A stretch of DNA of 64,000 nt from Amoebidium appalachense (Eukaryota; Protista; Ichthyosporea): contig CAVNZM010000009.1 of the NCBI GenBank assembly GCA_963693365.1, positions 9,631,581 through 9,695,580 on the forward strand. Direction: 5' to 3'. Made by a program: the position numbers and the translations under genes. Position 1 is the first letter of the stretch. Each line of letters starts with the position of its first letter. Below, in pieces: positions 45,050-57,322 of the stretch. Under the pieces are notes generated by a model, which was not told where the DNA came from, searched no databases, and was given only the letters and a program-made list of their open reading frames with translations.

Positions 45050-46516
45050 GTGGGCCCCAACCTACCCACCACCCCGGAGGCAGCTTCCGCTATCACGGCG
45101 GATATTGCCAAAGAAGTCGCCCTCGGCCACCTGCGCGGCCCCCTCTCCCCGGCCCAATTCTTTGACGAATTTCCGGTCCACCGTTCCTCCCCCATCGGCG
45201 CCGTTACCAAGAAAGGGAACCCCCCCAAGTACCGTCGAATCCACCACCTCTCCTGGCCCCGGGGTAGCAGTGTCAATGACAGCATCACCTACCCCGACGA
45301 ACTTCAGTACATTCGCGCCCGGGACGTCACCCAGCTCATTCTCGACGCAGGCCCCGGCTGCTACATGGCCGTGGCAGATGTGCAGGCTGCCTTCCGGCAC
45401 ATGCCCATCCGACCAGAAGACCATCACTTAATGGCATTCAAATGGTTGGGGCATTTTTACGTTGAAACCAGACTGCCCTTCGGCCTGAAATCTAGCCCAG
45501 CCATCTGGGAACGGATCGCGGCCACCCTACAGTGGCTGGCACACCAGCACGGTATTACCCTCATCCGCCACTACGTAGACGACTGGATTATAGTCGCCCC
45601 CACACAAGAGCAGTGCCAACGTCACCTATCCACCTTCCTGCAACTCTGCCGAGAGCTGCACATTGCCATCTCCGAAGACAAGATGCAGGGCCCGGCTACC
45701 CGTGTCGTCTTCATCGGTATCGAATTCGACTCCATCACCATGGAGGCACGAATCCCGGCTTCCAAGCTCTCGGACCTACTCGACCTCACTTCCCACCCAA
45801 AGCCCACCATCACCATTCGGGACCTCCAGTCCCTCCTCGGCAAACTCACCTGGTGTGCCCAGCTGGTTCCCCCCGGGAGGGCCTTCTCCCAGCGCCTATG
45901 GGCCCTTTTCCGGACCCACCCACACCTTGCCGGCCACCACCACATACGACTGACTGCTGCCGCCCGGGCCGACATAGCCGAATGGCACCAGTTCCTCACA
46001 TCATGGAATGGGGTGCACCTCATCACACCCCCCACATACACCACCCTGGCCACCGATGCTGCCGGATCGGTGGGTCTAGGAGGCCACTGGCTCGACCAAT
46101 GGTTCTTCATGCCCTGGTCCCCCTCCACCCAAGCCCTCTATGCTCATGAGGGTAAACTCGGTTCTTCCGTCATTGAACTCCTGGCCATGGCAGCCGCCGT
46201 GGCCCTCTGGGCCCCCTCCTGGTCCACCCACCATGTCCGTATTTTATGCGACAACACGGGTGCTGTGTCTGACCTACACTCCCGGTCTTCCCCCCACCCC
46301 GTGATGGCCAAACTTCTTCGGTTCATCACCCGCATGGAAATGCAATACCAATTTACGTTACAGGCATCCTACCTACCAGGACCCCTCAACCATCTGGCCG
46401 ATGCCATTTCTCGTAACCAACTTCCCCGGGCCCGACGACTCCGACCTTCCCTGCAACCGGAGCCCTGCCCCTTCCCCTCCTGGGTCCACGAGTTCCTATC
46501 CCTTCCGTTGGGCTAA
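45050..46516 (+). CDS. Ngaro ORF2 reverse transcriptase-RNase H (true start probably further upstream)
   Basis: SPIGAVTKK, RRIHHLSWP, ADVQAAFR, LPFGLKSSP, YVDD, LATDAA, IELLA, CDN, NHLADAISR. Confidence 0.95.
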   Translation: MGPNLPTTPEAASAITADIAKEVALGHLRGPLSPAQFFDEFPVHRSSPIGAVTKKGNPPKYRRIHHLSWPRGSSVNDSITYPDELQYIRARDVTQLILDAGPGCYMAVADVQAAFRHMPIRPEDHHLMAFKWLGHFYVETRLPFGLKSSPAIWERIAATLQWLAHQHGITLIRHYVDDWIIVAPTQEQCQRHLSTFLQLCRELHIAISEDKMQGPATRVVFIGIEFDSITMEARIPASKLSDLLDLTSHPKPTITIRDLQSLLGKLTWCAQLVPPGRAFSQRLWALFRTHPHLAGHHHIRLTAAARADIAEWHQFLTSWNGVHLITPPTYTTLATDAAGSVGLGGHWLDQWFFMPWSPSTQALYAHEGKLGSSVIELLAMAAAVALWAPSWSTHHVRILCDNTGAVSDLHSRSSPHPVMAKLLRFITRMEMQYQFTLQASYLPGPLNHLADAISRNQLPRARRLRPSLQPEPCPFPSWVHEFLSLPLG

Positions 46517-46623
46517 CCCCCCCCCCCCCCCCCCCCAGATCTCCCGTTCCGGAGCAACGCTGGCAGATTGGCCCCCCACTTTGCTCCGGCCGAGCTGCTT
46601 CGAGCCACCACTACCCTGCAGGA

Positions 46624-47598
46624 ATGCCAGGCCCTGAGTCTCAACCTCGACTCTCGGGCCTTTTACTCCCCGGGTGCAGAAAGTGTTCATCGATTTCTGT
46701 GTGGCATCTCGGCTGCAATCCCCCTCCGGGTCCTCCCTCCCGGCCTCCCCACACACCGTGCAACTTTTTCTCGCCTGGTGTGCCCAACGAGGGGTACAGG
46801 CCTCTTCCTTAACCGGCTACAATTCGGCCATCACCAGGCTCCACCTCGACATGGGCCTCCCTGCTCCCTACCCCCACGACAAGTCTCTGGCCTGGTTCCT
46901 ACGGGGGGTGGGCAGATGGCAGCTTTCTCACAACATCCGACCCCGCTCATCAACCAGGGAACCCCTCCTGCCCTCCCACCTCAGCCTACTTCATGGCCAG
47001 TGCCCCACAAAGGCCTCCTCGGCCAATCTCCGGCTATGGAAGCCCTCATCGTCGGTTTCTGTGGTCTCCTCCGTTCAGGGGAATTTACCTCCAAGACCCT
47101 GACTTCTTTCAACCCGTCCCGTCACGTTAAACGGAAAGACGTGACCTTCACCTACACCCCCACCGGTACTTTGTCCCATGCCACCCTCCACCTGCCAACC
47201 TCTAAGACGGATGTACAGGCCCGAGGTGTCAACGTCACTCTAGCTGCCCTGCCCCTCACCCATTTCTCCCCAGCCCATCTCCTCCGGCAGTTCCTGCATA
47301 CAACGTCCGGTCAACCCGACGACCCCCTCTTCAGTCTCGGTGGCATCCCCTACACCAAGAGTGCTTTCTCTGCCGACTTCCGTGCCCCTCCTCTCCCGGG
47401 CAGGCCTCTCACCCTCCCGGTTTGCCGGACACAGCCTCCGCATCGGGGGGGCCACAGCACTGGCTGAGGCCGGGGTCGACGACTCCCCCGGATCAAACAA
47501 CTCGGCAGGTGGTCCTCCGACTGTTTCCTGATCTATACACGACTTCGTCCGGCCTCCATTGCTGCCACTACCACACGTGTATTCGCCTCTATTCTTAA
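46624..47598 (+). pseudogene. Ngaro ORF3 tyrosine recombinase (frameshifted)
   Basis: FCGLLRSGEF, SKTD, GHSLRIGGAT and (third frame) IKQLGRWSSDCFLIY give the R-K-H-R-W-Y catalytic set. Confidence 0.92.
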
Positions 47599-48640
47599 GT
47601 GAAACCTTTGGAGCAAGCATGCTGCTCTCGTGCCGTGGTTTACAACCATTGCAGGTTCACTTTCGTCCAAGGGGATGTCCCCCTAGAGGCAACACACGTC
47701 CCGGAGTAGTTTTCATAGAGGTTTTATTTGTGGAAATTATTGACATAAATATTTTTCTGGGTAAACACGTAGGATGGGTGTCCGATATCAACAGGCTTTG
47801 TTTCATGTTTTAGCAGTTCGCGTTCGGCTGCCCGCATACGGGCACCTATTAGCCAATCAAAACATCAGATTCCACAGATCACTAGACCGAGTCTGATTGG
47901 CTCAGGATAAGATTTCACATAACACTAGATCGGTTTTGATTGGCTCAGTTCGGTAGCCGTAGGTATATAAGCACGACAGTTTTTAGCAGATCAGCAGGCA
48001 ACAACACATCTTCTGTGTTTAGCACCTACAGCTTTACAGCTATATTTTCTTTTCACCCACCCACCTACACCCTACACTCAACCCCCATTGATCCCCACAT
48101 ACGTGCTGTTTTTTCACGGGGCGAAGACTTCCCCCGTTTTTTGGGCACAAGGACCTCACGGATCAATAAATTGATGACTGGGGGCCTGCCGTGGTTTACA
48201 ACCATTGCAGGTTCACTTTCGTCCAAGGGGATGTCCCCCTAGAGGCAACACACGTCCCGGAGTAGTTTTCATAGAGGCCATTAACACGATCACTGGGGCA
48301 TCCACGCATATGTACACTGCAGTTGGTTATGTATTGTCACTCTTTCACTGAATAACCCTAACCCTGCCATCGTTACCTGTAGGATCTATACACCTAGACA
48401 CGTGCAGGGGGGGGGGGGGGGGTCGTAGTGGGAAGGAGGGAAGACAGGGGGGTTGGGTGGGGGGGGGGGGGGGGGGGGGGGGGGGGAGGGGGGGGGGCAG
48501 ACACGTACGTTTTGTAACGCTCGTTCATCTCGTTGAGTGAGTCCTTTCTTATAATGTATTTCCGTTTATATATTTGCACATAATCGCCACATTCATTTAC
48601 CGGTGGGCCATGATAAACGCATGGCCGGCTTATCATTGAT

Positions 48641-48694
<54 letters not shown>

Positions 48695-48892
48695 ACACAC
48701 ACACAAACACACAACACACACACACACACATACAGAGAGACACACACACATATGCACACACACGGTGCATTTCCTCCCCTCCCATTCCCTCTCCACAGAG
48801 CACACACACACACACACGTGCACACATGCACACACACGGTGCATCCGCCCCCCCCTTCCCTCTCAACCGAGCACATACACACACACATACAT

Positions 48893-48931
<39 letters not shown>

Positions 48932-49187
48932 AAAACAAACAAAAAAGAAGAAAAAAAGGAGCGAGAGAATCCTTGTTTCTCGTATTTTACCAGCACGTAA
49001 GCAAGTATTTTATTCATTCACAATACATTGTTAGGTATGTGTAGTATATTATGGTGGTATTATTATTTGGTTTACAATATGGTGTCCACGTTCCCAATAT
49101 ATCGTTATTGTCGACCAACTATGATGGTAGTATAATGCTATGATGACAATTTGTGCCGCATGATGCGTTACTTATAAGCATCGAGTT

Positions 49188-50880
49188 TTTTCAATAACTA
49201 CCCACAGAGTAGCTTCTACCATGAGAAATTCACCACAAATTATAAGGGGGGATGGTGAATGTACCCCTGGAGTACGAGGGTCACACGAAGAAAACACAAC
49301 GTTGTAGCTCGCATAGAACCCCCCTTGTAGCATAGTATATGTCCATGTGTTACCTAGACATTATTGATTTTTTCAATAACTACCCACAGAACAGCCTCTA
49401 GCACGGGAAATTTACCAAAACGTTTATGGGGGGGATGGTGAATGTGCCCCTGCATTACGAGGGTCACACGAAAAAAACACAACGTTGTAGCTCGTATAGA
49501 ACCCCCCTTGTAGCATAGTATATGTACATATGTTACCTAGACATTATTTAAAGTTTCAATAACTACCAACAGAACAGCCTCTAGCACGAGAAATTTACCA
49601 CAAAGTTTATGGGGGGGATGGTAAATGTGCCCCTGGAGTACGAGGGTTACACGAAAAAAACACAACGTTGTAGCTCGAATAGAACCCCACTTGTAGCATA
49701 GTATATGTACATGTGTTGCTTACACATCAAGTTGGTTTTTTCAATAACTACCCAGTAGAACAGCTTATAGCACGAGAAATTTACCACACAGTTTATGGGG
49801 GGGATGGTGAATGTGCCCCTGGAGTACGAGGGTCACACGAAAAAAACACAACGTTGTAGCTAGTATAGAACCCCCCTTGTAGCATAGTATATGTCCATGT
49901 GTTACCTAGACATTTTTGGGTTTTTTCAATAACTACCAACAGAACAGCTTCTAGCACGAGATATTTACCACAACGTTTATGGGGGGGATGGTGAATGTGC
50001 CCCTGGAGTACGAGGGTCACACGAAAAAAACACAACGTTGTAGCTAGTATAGAACCCCCCTTGTAGCATAGTATATGTCCATGTGTTACCTAGACATTTT
50101 TGGGTTTTTTCAATAACTACCAACAGAACAGCTTCTAGCACGAGATATTTACCACAAAGTTTATGGGGGGGATGGTGAATGTGCCCCTGGAGTACGAGGG
50201 TCACACGAAAAAAACACAACGTTGTAGCTCGTATAGAACCCCCCTTGTAGCATAGTATATGTCCATGTGTTACCTAGACATTTTTGGTTTTTTCAATAAC
50301 TACCAACAGAACAGCCTCTAGCACGAGAAATATACCACACAGTTTATGGGGGGGAAGTTAAATGTGCCCCTGGAGTACGAGGGTCACACGAAAAAAACAC
50401 AACGTTGTAGCTCGAATAGAACGCCCCTTGTAGCATAGTATATGTACATGCCAGTGTGTTGCTTACACATTATTGGTTTTTTCAATAACTACCCACAGAA
50501 CAGCTTCTAGCACGAGAAATTTACCACACAGTTTATGGGGGGGATGGGGAATGTGCCCCTGGAGTACGAGGGTCACACAAAAAAAACACAACGTTGTAGC
50601 TCGTATAGAACCCCCCTTGTAGCATAGTATATGTACATATGTTACCTAGACATTATTGGTTTTTCAATAACTACCCACAGAACAGCTTCTGGCACGAGAA
50701 ATTTACCACAAAGTTTATGGGGGGGATGGTGAGTGTGCCTCTGGAGTACGAGGGTCACCCGAAAAAAACACAACATTGTAGCCCGGATTGAAACCCCCCT
50801 TGTACCATATACATCATATATCATGCAGCATTAATATGCATGTGTTACTTTCGCGTTATTGGTTTCCTAGCACGAGATAT
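49188..50880 (+). repeat. ~184-bp tandem array (~9 copies)
   Basis: ttcaataactacc...ggagtacgagggtcacacg...ttgtagcatagtatatgt recurs at ~184-bp spacing. Confidence 0.96.
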
Positions 50881-51225
50881 TCAGCACACAGTTGGGGTTG
50901 TGGGGGCAGTGTACACTTACAATATCAGGGGTACGGCGCGGCAAAAACACCCCCCCGGGGGGGGGGGGGGGGGGGGGGGGGGGTCACGCGTGCGATGGTG
51001 CACTAATTATTACGTCAACTAGGCAGGGTATAGCATCAACGTTATTATATGTGCTGCTGAGTTTCTTTGGTTGTACACCCGTCACCAGTCAATTTATTGG
51101 TGTTGACGCCCACCTATGACACCACCTCGGAAGACTGGGGTCACAAGTGGTGCACACGGTGGGTAAATATCATCAAACTGTAGCTGCAAAAGAATGTGCA
51201 ATTATGCATGTCTGGTATTTGTCTA

Positions 51226-51268
<43 letters not shown>

Positions 51269-51783
51269 CCCCCCCCCCCACCCACCCCAGGCCTCCACAC
51301 CACACACACACGCACCGCACACACACACTGCTGCAGAGCTACATGGATGCCATCACCATCACACGTGACGACATTTAATTAGTATTGGTGATATTGTACC
51401 AATACGTAACGTATATTGGTAAGGTGGTGGTGGGTGGGGGGGGGGGGGGGGGGGGGGGGGGGTTTCAACACAACCGAAACTGTCGGTGTTACAAGTGGTT
51501 CGGTCTTAGGAAGTTAGAACGGTGATTTTTTAATTAATAGCGGGAAACAATATTATCCCCATTGCATATGGAGGGAACGAGGAGGGGGGGGGAGGGGGGG
51601 GGGGGGGGGGGGGGGGTTTCACAACGAATTCTTAATCGACTGTGCATAATAAATGTATATTGCACATGTAGCCTGAAAGATTAAAGTGAATGTGTGTATG
51701 TATATGTGCGAGTATATTTGTGTATGCAATACATGTACAAGTATTAGGGATTGGTTCTTTGCGAGTTCAAAGAGTATATGAGT

Positions 51784-51818
<35 letters not shown>

Positions 51819-51849
51819 AGTTCCGTGTAACACCATGAAAGTTCCATAT

Positions 51850-51888
<39 letters not shown>

Positions 51889-52659
51889 GATATTGGGTCC
51901 ATTGTGATTTGGATCAGACAGTTTATTGGTTTTTACGATGTCAATGTTGAGACGGGGTCGTAATCACTAAGCCCATGATGGATACTGATAGTCAACAGGT
52001 TGAAATATGTCAATGTATCGTTATTTAACATGCTTAACTTGTGTTTCCCGTACATGCAAGCTGAGCCAAGTGTATACGTTAACCAAAAATACCCTATCAT
52101 GATGAGATTTAGATAAAATTGAGAAGAAAAAAACCAAGTAGGGTATCACCTATTTTTTCTTTCCACTTGCCACTACTAGAGAGAGAGAGAAGGAAGAGGG
52201 AGAGAGAGAGAGACAGATCAGAGAAAGAGGGAAAGAGAAAGAGAGAGAGAGAAAGAGAAAGAGAAGAGAGAGAGGGAGAGAGTGAGAGAGAGAGAGAGAG
52301 AGTGTGTGTGTGTGTGTGTGTGCGTGTTTGTGAGTGAGTGTGTGTGTATGTGTGCTGTGAGCGCGCGAGCATTTATGTGTGTGTGCCGTTGTGTGTGTGC
52401 GCGACGTCCATGCGTGCACACGTGTGTGGTTTGCAAATGGGTTGTAACTCAACCGCCATATATATGATGTATGCGCACGTGTGCATATGTGTGCGTTCCT
52501 GCATGCACAGGGGGGGGGGGGGGGGGGGGGAGGAGGGGGGGCTCATTGTGTGCGGGAGAGGGGAGAGGAGTAGAGCGCACACGGTCTGGAACACAGATAA
52601 ACGTTTTCGTCTTTGTAGGTGAGTGGGTGGGGTGGGGGGGGGGGGGGGGGGGGGGGGGG

Positions 52660-52810
52660 GGGATGCGCGGGGGGGGAAGAGGGAGGGGGGGAGGGGGCAT
52701 CATGATCAGGGATAACAGTGTGTGTGCGTGCGTGCACTTGTGTGGGCATGTGCTGTGTGTGTTGTGTAGGTGTGCGCCTGTGTGTGTGTGCACGCCTGTG
52801 TGTGCGCGCC

Positions 52811-52842
<32 letters not shown>

Positions 52843-52878
52843 GTGCATGTGTGAGTGTGTGTGCGTGCGCTCGCGCGC

Positions 52879-52933
<55 letters not shown>

Positions 52934-53131
52934 ATGAGTGTGAGCATGAGCTGTGGGTGTGAGTGTGAGTATGGGGGGGGGGGGGGGTGCGCGGGGGGGA
53001 AGAGGGAGGGGGGGAGGGGGCATCATGATCAAGGATAACAGTGTGTGTACGTGCGTGCACTTGTGTGTGCATGTGCTGTGTGTGTTGTGTAGGTGTGCGC
53101 CTGTGTGTGTGTACGCGCCTGTGTGTGCGCG

Positions 53132-53167
<36 letters not shown>

Positions 53168-53216
53168 GTGCATGTGTGAGTGTGTGTGCGTGCGCGCGTG
53201 TGTGTGTGTGTGCGTG

Positions 53217-53262
<46 letters not shown>

Positions 53263-53305
53263 TTGAGTGTGAGCATGAGCTGTGGGTGTGAGTGTGAGTA
53301 TGGGT
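52660..53305. repeat. Tandem duplication (323-bp period) of a compound (TG)n unit
   Basis: catcatgatc anchors at 52698 and 53021 with colinear sequence. Confidence 0.85.
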
Positions 53306-53408
53306 GAGGCTGTGTGCATTCGTGCTTGTGTCAACGTACACGTGTGATTTCAAAGAAGTCGAAAGCGCCAGTGACACCCATGTTGAAAAAAAGACAAGCA
53401 AGCACGCA

Positions 53409-53483
<75 letters not shown>

Positions 53484-53689
53484 CACCGTATCACTGAGGT
53501 ACTGCCCCAGCTGATGCACGCGCGCGCGCGAGCCGAAATCTATTTTTATCTTTTCCCTAATCAGGCGCGGCGGTTACTAAACCGGTCTATAGCAAATAGT
53601 GATTGGCTAAACCCAATCCGGTTTGCAATTTTTTGTCCGTTTAAGCCTGTACGCACGTTGTTTGCTCCATTTCTCTTCCCCCTTCCCGG

Positions 53690-53805
53690 AGGTCCGCAGG
53701 TCCTTTCCCGCAGGTCGCCTGGTCGCAGGTCCCTTCCCGCAGGTCGCCTGGTCGCAGTTCCCTTCCCGCAGGTCGCCTGGTCACAGGTCCCATCCGCAGG
53801 TCGCG
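53690..53805 (+). repeat. 27-bp GC-rich tandem repeat (~4 units)
   Basis: cccgcaggtcgcctggtcgcaggtccctt units. Confidence 0.85.
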
Positions 53806-54411
53806 CAGCCACCGTGCTGAATGGTTTCGACCATGCTGTAGCATCTTCGCCTAACGGCTGAAAGGCCATTTGAAGGTTAGTTTTGTGTTGCCTGCTTTTG
53901 TGCATATGGCGTTTGTCTGTCTGGTCTGTGTCCGTGCCTGTGATTATATCTGTGTCTGTGTCTGTGTCTGTGTGCGTGTGTGTGTATGTGTGTGTGTGTG
54001 CGTGCGTGTGCGTGTGTTCTGCTGGCTGCAGATGCACGTTGCCTTTTCACGTTCATGAACCAGCGACTGTGGGCACTACTTTTGCTGTTAGCACTATAGC
54101 TATCATCCCTTCCACCAGTCGTTCAAGCTATTTTCTGCTTCTCTAGACTTCATAAGTTTGTGCTTTTGTCTTTCAGCACAACGTGTTTCACATGTTAGCA
54201 TTTAGTGTTATTCATTCATTCTAACCCCCCCCCCCCCCCCCTTCCAAACACACACACACACTCACTCACTCACTTCCCCACCCACACATACAAAAAAACA
54301 CACACACACCAAAAGCCCCTCCCCCCCCCCTCCCCCCCTCCCCCCTCCCCCCCCCCCCCCCCCCCCCCCCTTCCAAAAAACTGTCAAATGCCTCCATGCC
54401 CACCAACACAG

Positions 54412-54838
54412 ATGTTCCAGGTTGCCCCTGTCAATGCCGCCGACCCCGACAAGTTGGCAGACCAGGTTAGGTACCGCAAGAAGACGTGGTAGGGGTGGTT
54501 GGTGGAGGTTCAAGTTGAGTGCAACAACCATCCCTGTGGCCGCATGTACAGCGTCGATCTGGTGACGGGCAACCCATGGGGCAACCCCGCCCTTCACTGC
54601 ATCATGTGCATGTCCCCCATCAACGGCTCCTACGTCAAGAACCGCCTCAGCAGCTTCAAGACACTAAACGTTTGTGCCCATTACCCCCCCCCCCCCCCCC
54701 CCCTCCCCCCCCCCCCACACACACACCCCGCAATCAAAGACGAAATCTTCTCATGCTGCTTTTTTTAACATGCTTATTCATGTTTAATGTTGTTGTTCTT
54801 CCTTATTGGTTCATTCTTAATGCACTGTGACCCCCCCC

Positions 54839-54871
<33 letters not shown>

Positions 54872-56099
54872 ACTCCCACTCCCTCCCTCCCACTCCCTCC
54901 CTCCCACTTCCCCCTGTTGTCCCACGTACGAATCACCAACACATAACCACACAAGACATCAAATCCTTATCACTCAGAGAAACGGTACATGCATGGTTAT
55001 CCAGTATCCATTCAACTTCCCACTTCCTCAAGTCATTTCAGATTTTTCATTGTCGAATTCGGTTTTATTTGCTGCTAATGGAGAATACCCCCTTTCCTCA
55101 TCACCACATACACACATGCTTACGTGTACGTACACGCAACACACACACCAACACCCACACAGGAGTTTCAAAAGGCGTTGCCCGAGCTCTTCAGCTTCAT
55201 GCTCCACACATTTGAGTGCGGACTGCGGGATTCAATGGCCCACAAGTCTGCCACTCAGATTTCGTGGTCAGCTGTGAAGTATGGAGCTGACATGCCTGAC
55301 TACGAGGGTGGTGCTCGGCCATCAGAGATCAGCAAGGTAAACAACTACCCCCCCCCCCCCCCCCCGGGTCCTCCCTGAGGATGGGCTCTGCTTATGACGC
55401 ATACTGTGCACATGGCTGATGTTGCATACTTGAATGTTTGCCTTTGCATGTGTCCTGCACCATGCTTCTCATCGTGTATGCGTATTTCGTACCGTGTTCT
55501 GCATTCAACCCCCCCCCCCCCCCCCCCCCAATGATCATTGTGTTTTAGCTCCGGTCCGAAAGACAACGTATGGATATCGAAAAGATGATATTGATATGTC
55601 GTATGTATGGGTTACGTATCATCGTAGTGTTTTAAGGATATCTCCTAAGCGTGGGCAAGTATCATCCTATCATGTCATCTTTAGGTTTGGTATGGTAACA
55701 TTGTGATAGCATTTTTCCCAGGTACATACATGCTCAGGCTAGCCAGAAAAGTTAAAAACACTCACACAATCTCCTTCTGTCCCAACCCAGTATGGAAAGA
55801 CCTGGGAAAAGATCTGCAAGGCCCGGGAGAAGGCAGTCCTCAGCCTGTCAGCTGATGTGCAAGACGAGAAGGGAGACGACAAGCCCTCCACGAAGCAGTC
55901 CAACGAGAAGGTGGTGGACCTCAAGCTGTTGGACGGCAACAGGTCGGTGGTTGGCGGTGCGGGGGACAAGGAGCGTGAGAGCGGCAGCAGCGACGAGGCG
56001 TCGCGCGTCGCCAATAAGCGGCCCGCAAAATCACCCATAAAGATCCCCCCCAAGAAATTGAACCACAAGACTAAAAGAAATAATAATTTAGTATACTAA
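54412..56099 (+). pseudogene. Spliced cargo gene in the TIR element (exons 54412-54669, 55163-55336, 55791-56099) with a C4 zinc-ribbon-like motif and one in-frame TAG
   Basis: All phase-0 GT-AG exons; ECNNHPC...HCIMC; TAG at 54490-54492 with the frame continuing. Confidence 0.65.
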
Positions 56100-56361
56100 C
56101 TAACAAAAATGTTAGTATATTGTTATGTTTTTTTTTGGTTGTTTGGAAGGTTAAAATGTGACGGTATTAACACACGCTGGGCGTGTGTCTTAGAACTTTT
56201 GAAAAACATCATGATACGTAGTTCTCTTTGAGCGAGACTTAGAATTTTTTTTGAGATTTACTTAGAAAAAAATTTTTTTTTGGTTTTTTTTTGAGATTTA
56301 CTTAGAAATTTTTTTTTTTGTTTTCTAAGTCTGAATACAGTTTAGTGCTAATAGCAGATCG

Positions 56362-56398
<37 letters not shown>

Positions 56399-56559
56399 GT
56401 CGACGACGGAACGAATCAATAAAATGGTGCCATTATGGTACACGAATGATATATTTTAAGTGACCATTATGATGCCCACAACGACAATCAAAGGTGACCA
56501 TAATGATATACATGTCTCTCAATTATGATACTATAATAGGGTACAGATTTAAATGTTCC

Positions 56560-56900
56560 ACGATTTTAAGATATTGGAATAGTGCTATTATGATATGAGG
56601 TTTTGGAATTCACGATATTAGAATGACACCAATATGATATTAGGAAAGGAATTTCGTTACATTTTCCTCTATCATACCAATACCATAATAGGGCATTCAA
56701 AGATATTATAATACACCCCCATTTCTACAATAGATATCATTTGGATATCATTCACGGTATTAGAATGAGACCATTCTGATATCAGGAAAGGAAGATAATT
56801 TCATTTTCTTCTATCATACCAATATCATAATAGGGCATACAAAGATATTATAATACACCTCCCGTTCTTGCAATGATATCATTATGATATCATTTGGATA
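56560..56900. repeat. 142-bp subterminal tandem repeat (~2.3 copies) of the TIR element
   Basis: cacg(a/g)tattagaatga...aaagatattataatacacc at 56611 and 56753. Confidence 0.85.
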
Positions 56901-57322
56901 ACCGTTTATGACCAACGAGGGCACTTTTTGTACTTTGTAATGTACTATTCAAGTCTCATTCAGATATGTTTACCCCTATCTGAAAACGTAGAGCATTTGA
57001 GGGTATGTATCATTCCAATATCTATTATGTTATCAGAATGATACATAGCGGGATGGCCAAAGGATAGAGCAACAAGTAGAACAACGCCCTTTTTCGGGGG
57101 CTTTTCGGGCTTTTTCGGGGGCTATTCCAATATCAGAATGATATCTAGACATGGATATCATTCTAATATCTTAAAATAACCGGATATTAGGATTTAACAA
57201 AAAGAGTATCAGACTGATATATTGTTGGATGAAGGGTGGGTTCGTGGATGGGTACTATCATTCTAATATCCATGATGCCCGAATGATACCGAATGGATGG
57301 GTGGGTGGCCTTTGCTGATGAG

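Larger units (their letters stand above)
42852..48277 (+). mobile_element. Complete Ngaro-like (DIRS order) tyrosine-recombinase retrotransposon with split direct repeats A1-ORFs-B1-A2-B2
   Basis: A1 42852-43194 matches A2 47715-48056; B1 47631-47721 matches B2 48187-48277; gag, RT/RH and YR ORFs in order; ATAGAGG at all junctions. Confidence 0.96.
39759..57320. mobile_element. 17.6-kb TIR DNA transposon (CACTA/EnSpm-like architecture, apparently non-autonomous)
   Basis: Left end CATCAGCAAAGGACGACCCCCATCCA; reverse complement of right end CATCAGCAAAGGCCACCCACCCATCCA; AG 2-bp TSD at 39757-58 and 57321-22; removal restores the copia frame SPSF-L-VSTSM; ATATCATT/GATATC-rich subterminal regions at both ends. 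Confidence 0.85.

Noticed and set aside
49793-50219. Duplicated 80-aa ORFs
   Set aside because: Translations of the 184-bp satellite
40201-50880. CRISPR-like arrays
   Set aside because: Units are repeated in full with no unique spacers; no cas genes; eukaryotic context
57296-57320. ISKGHPPIH as continuation of the copia protease
   Set aside because: It is the TIR of the inserted element read in frame; the true continuation is at 39756
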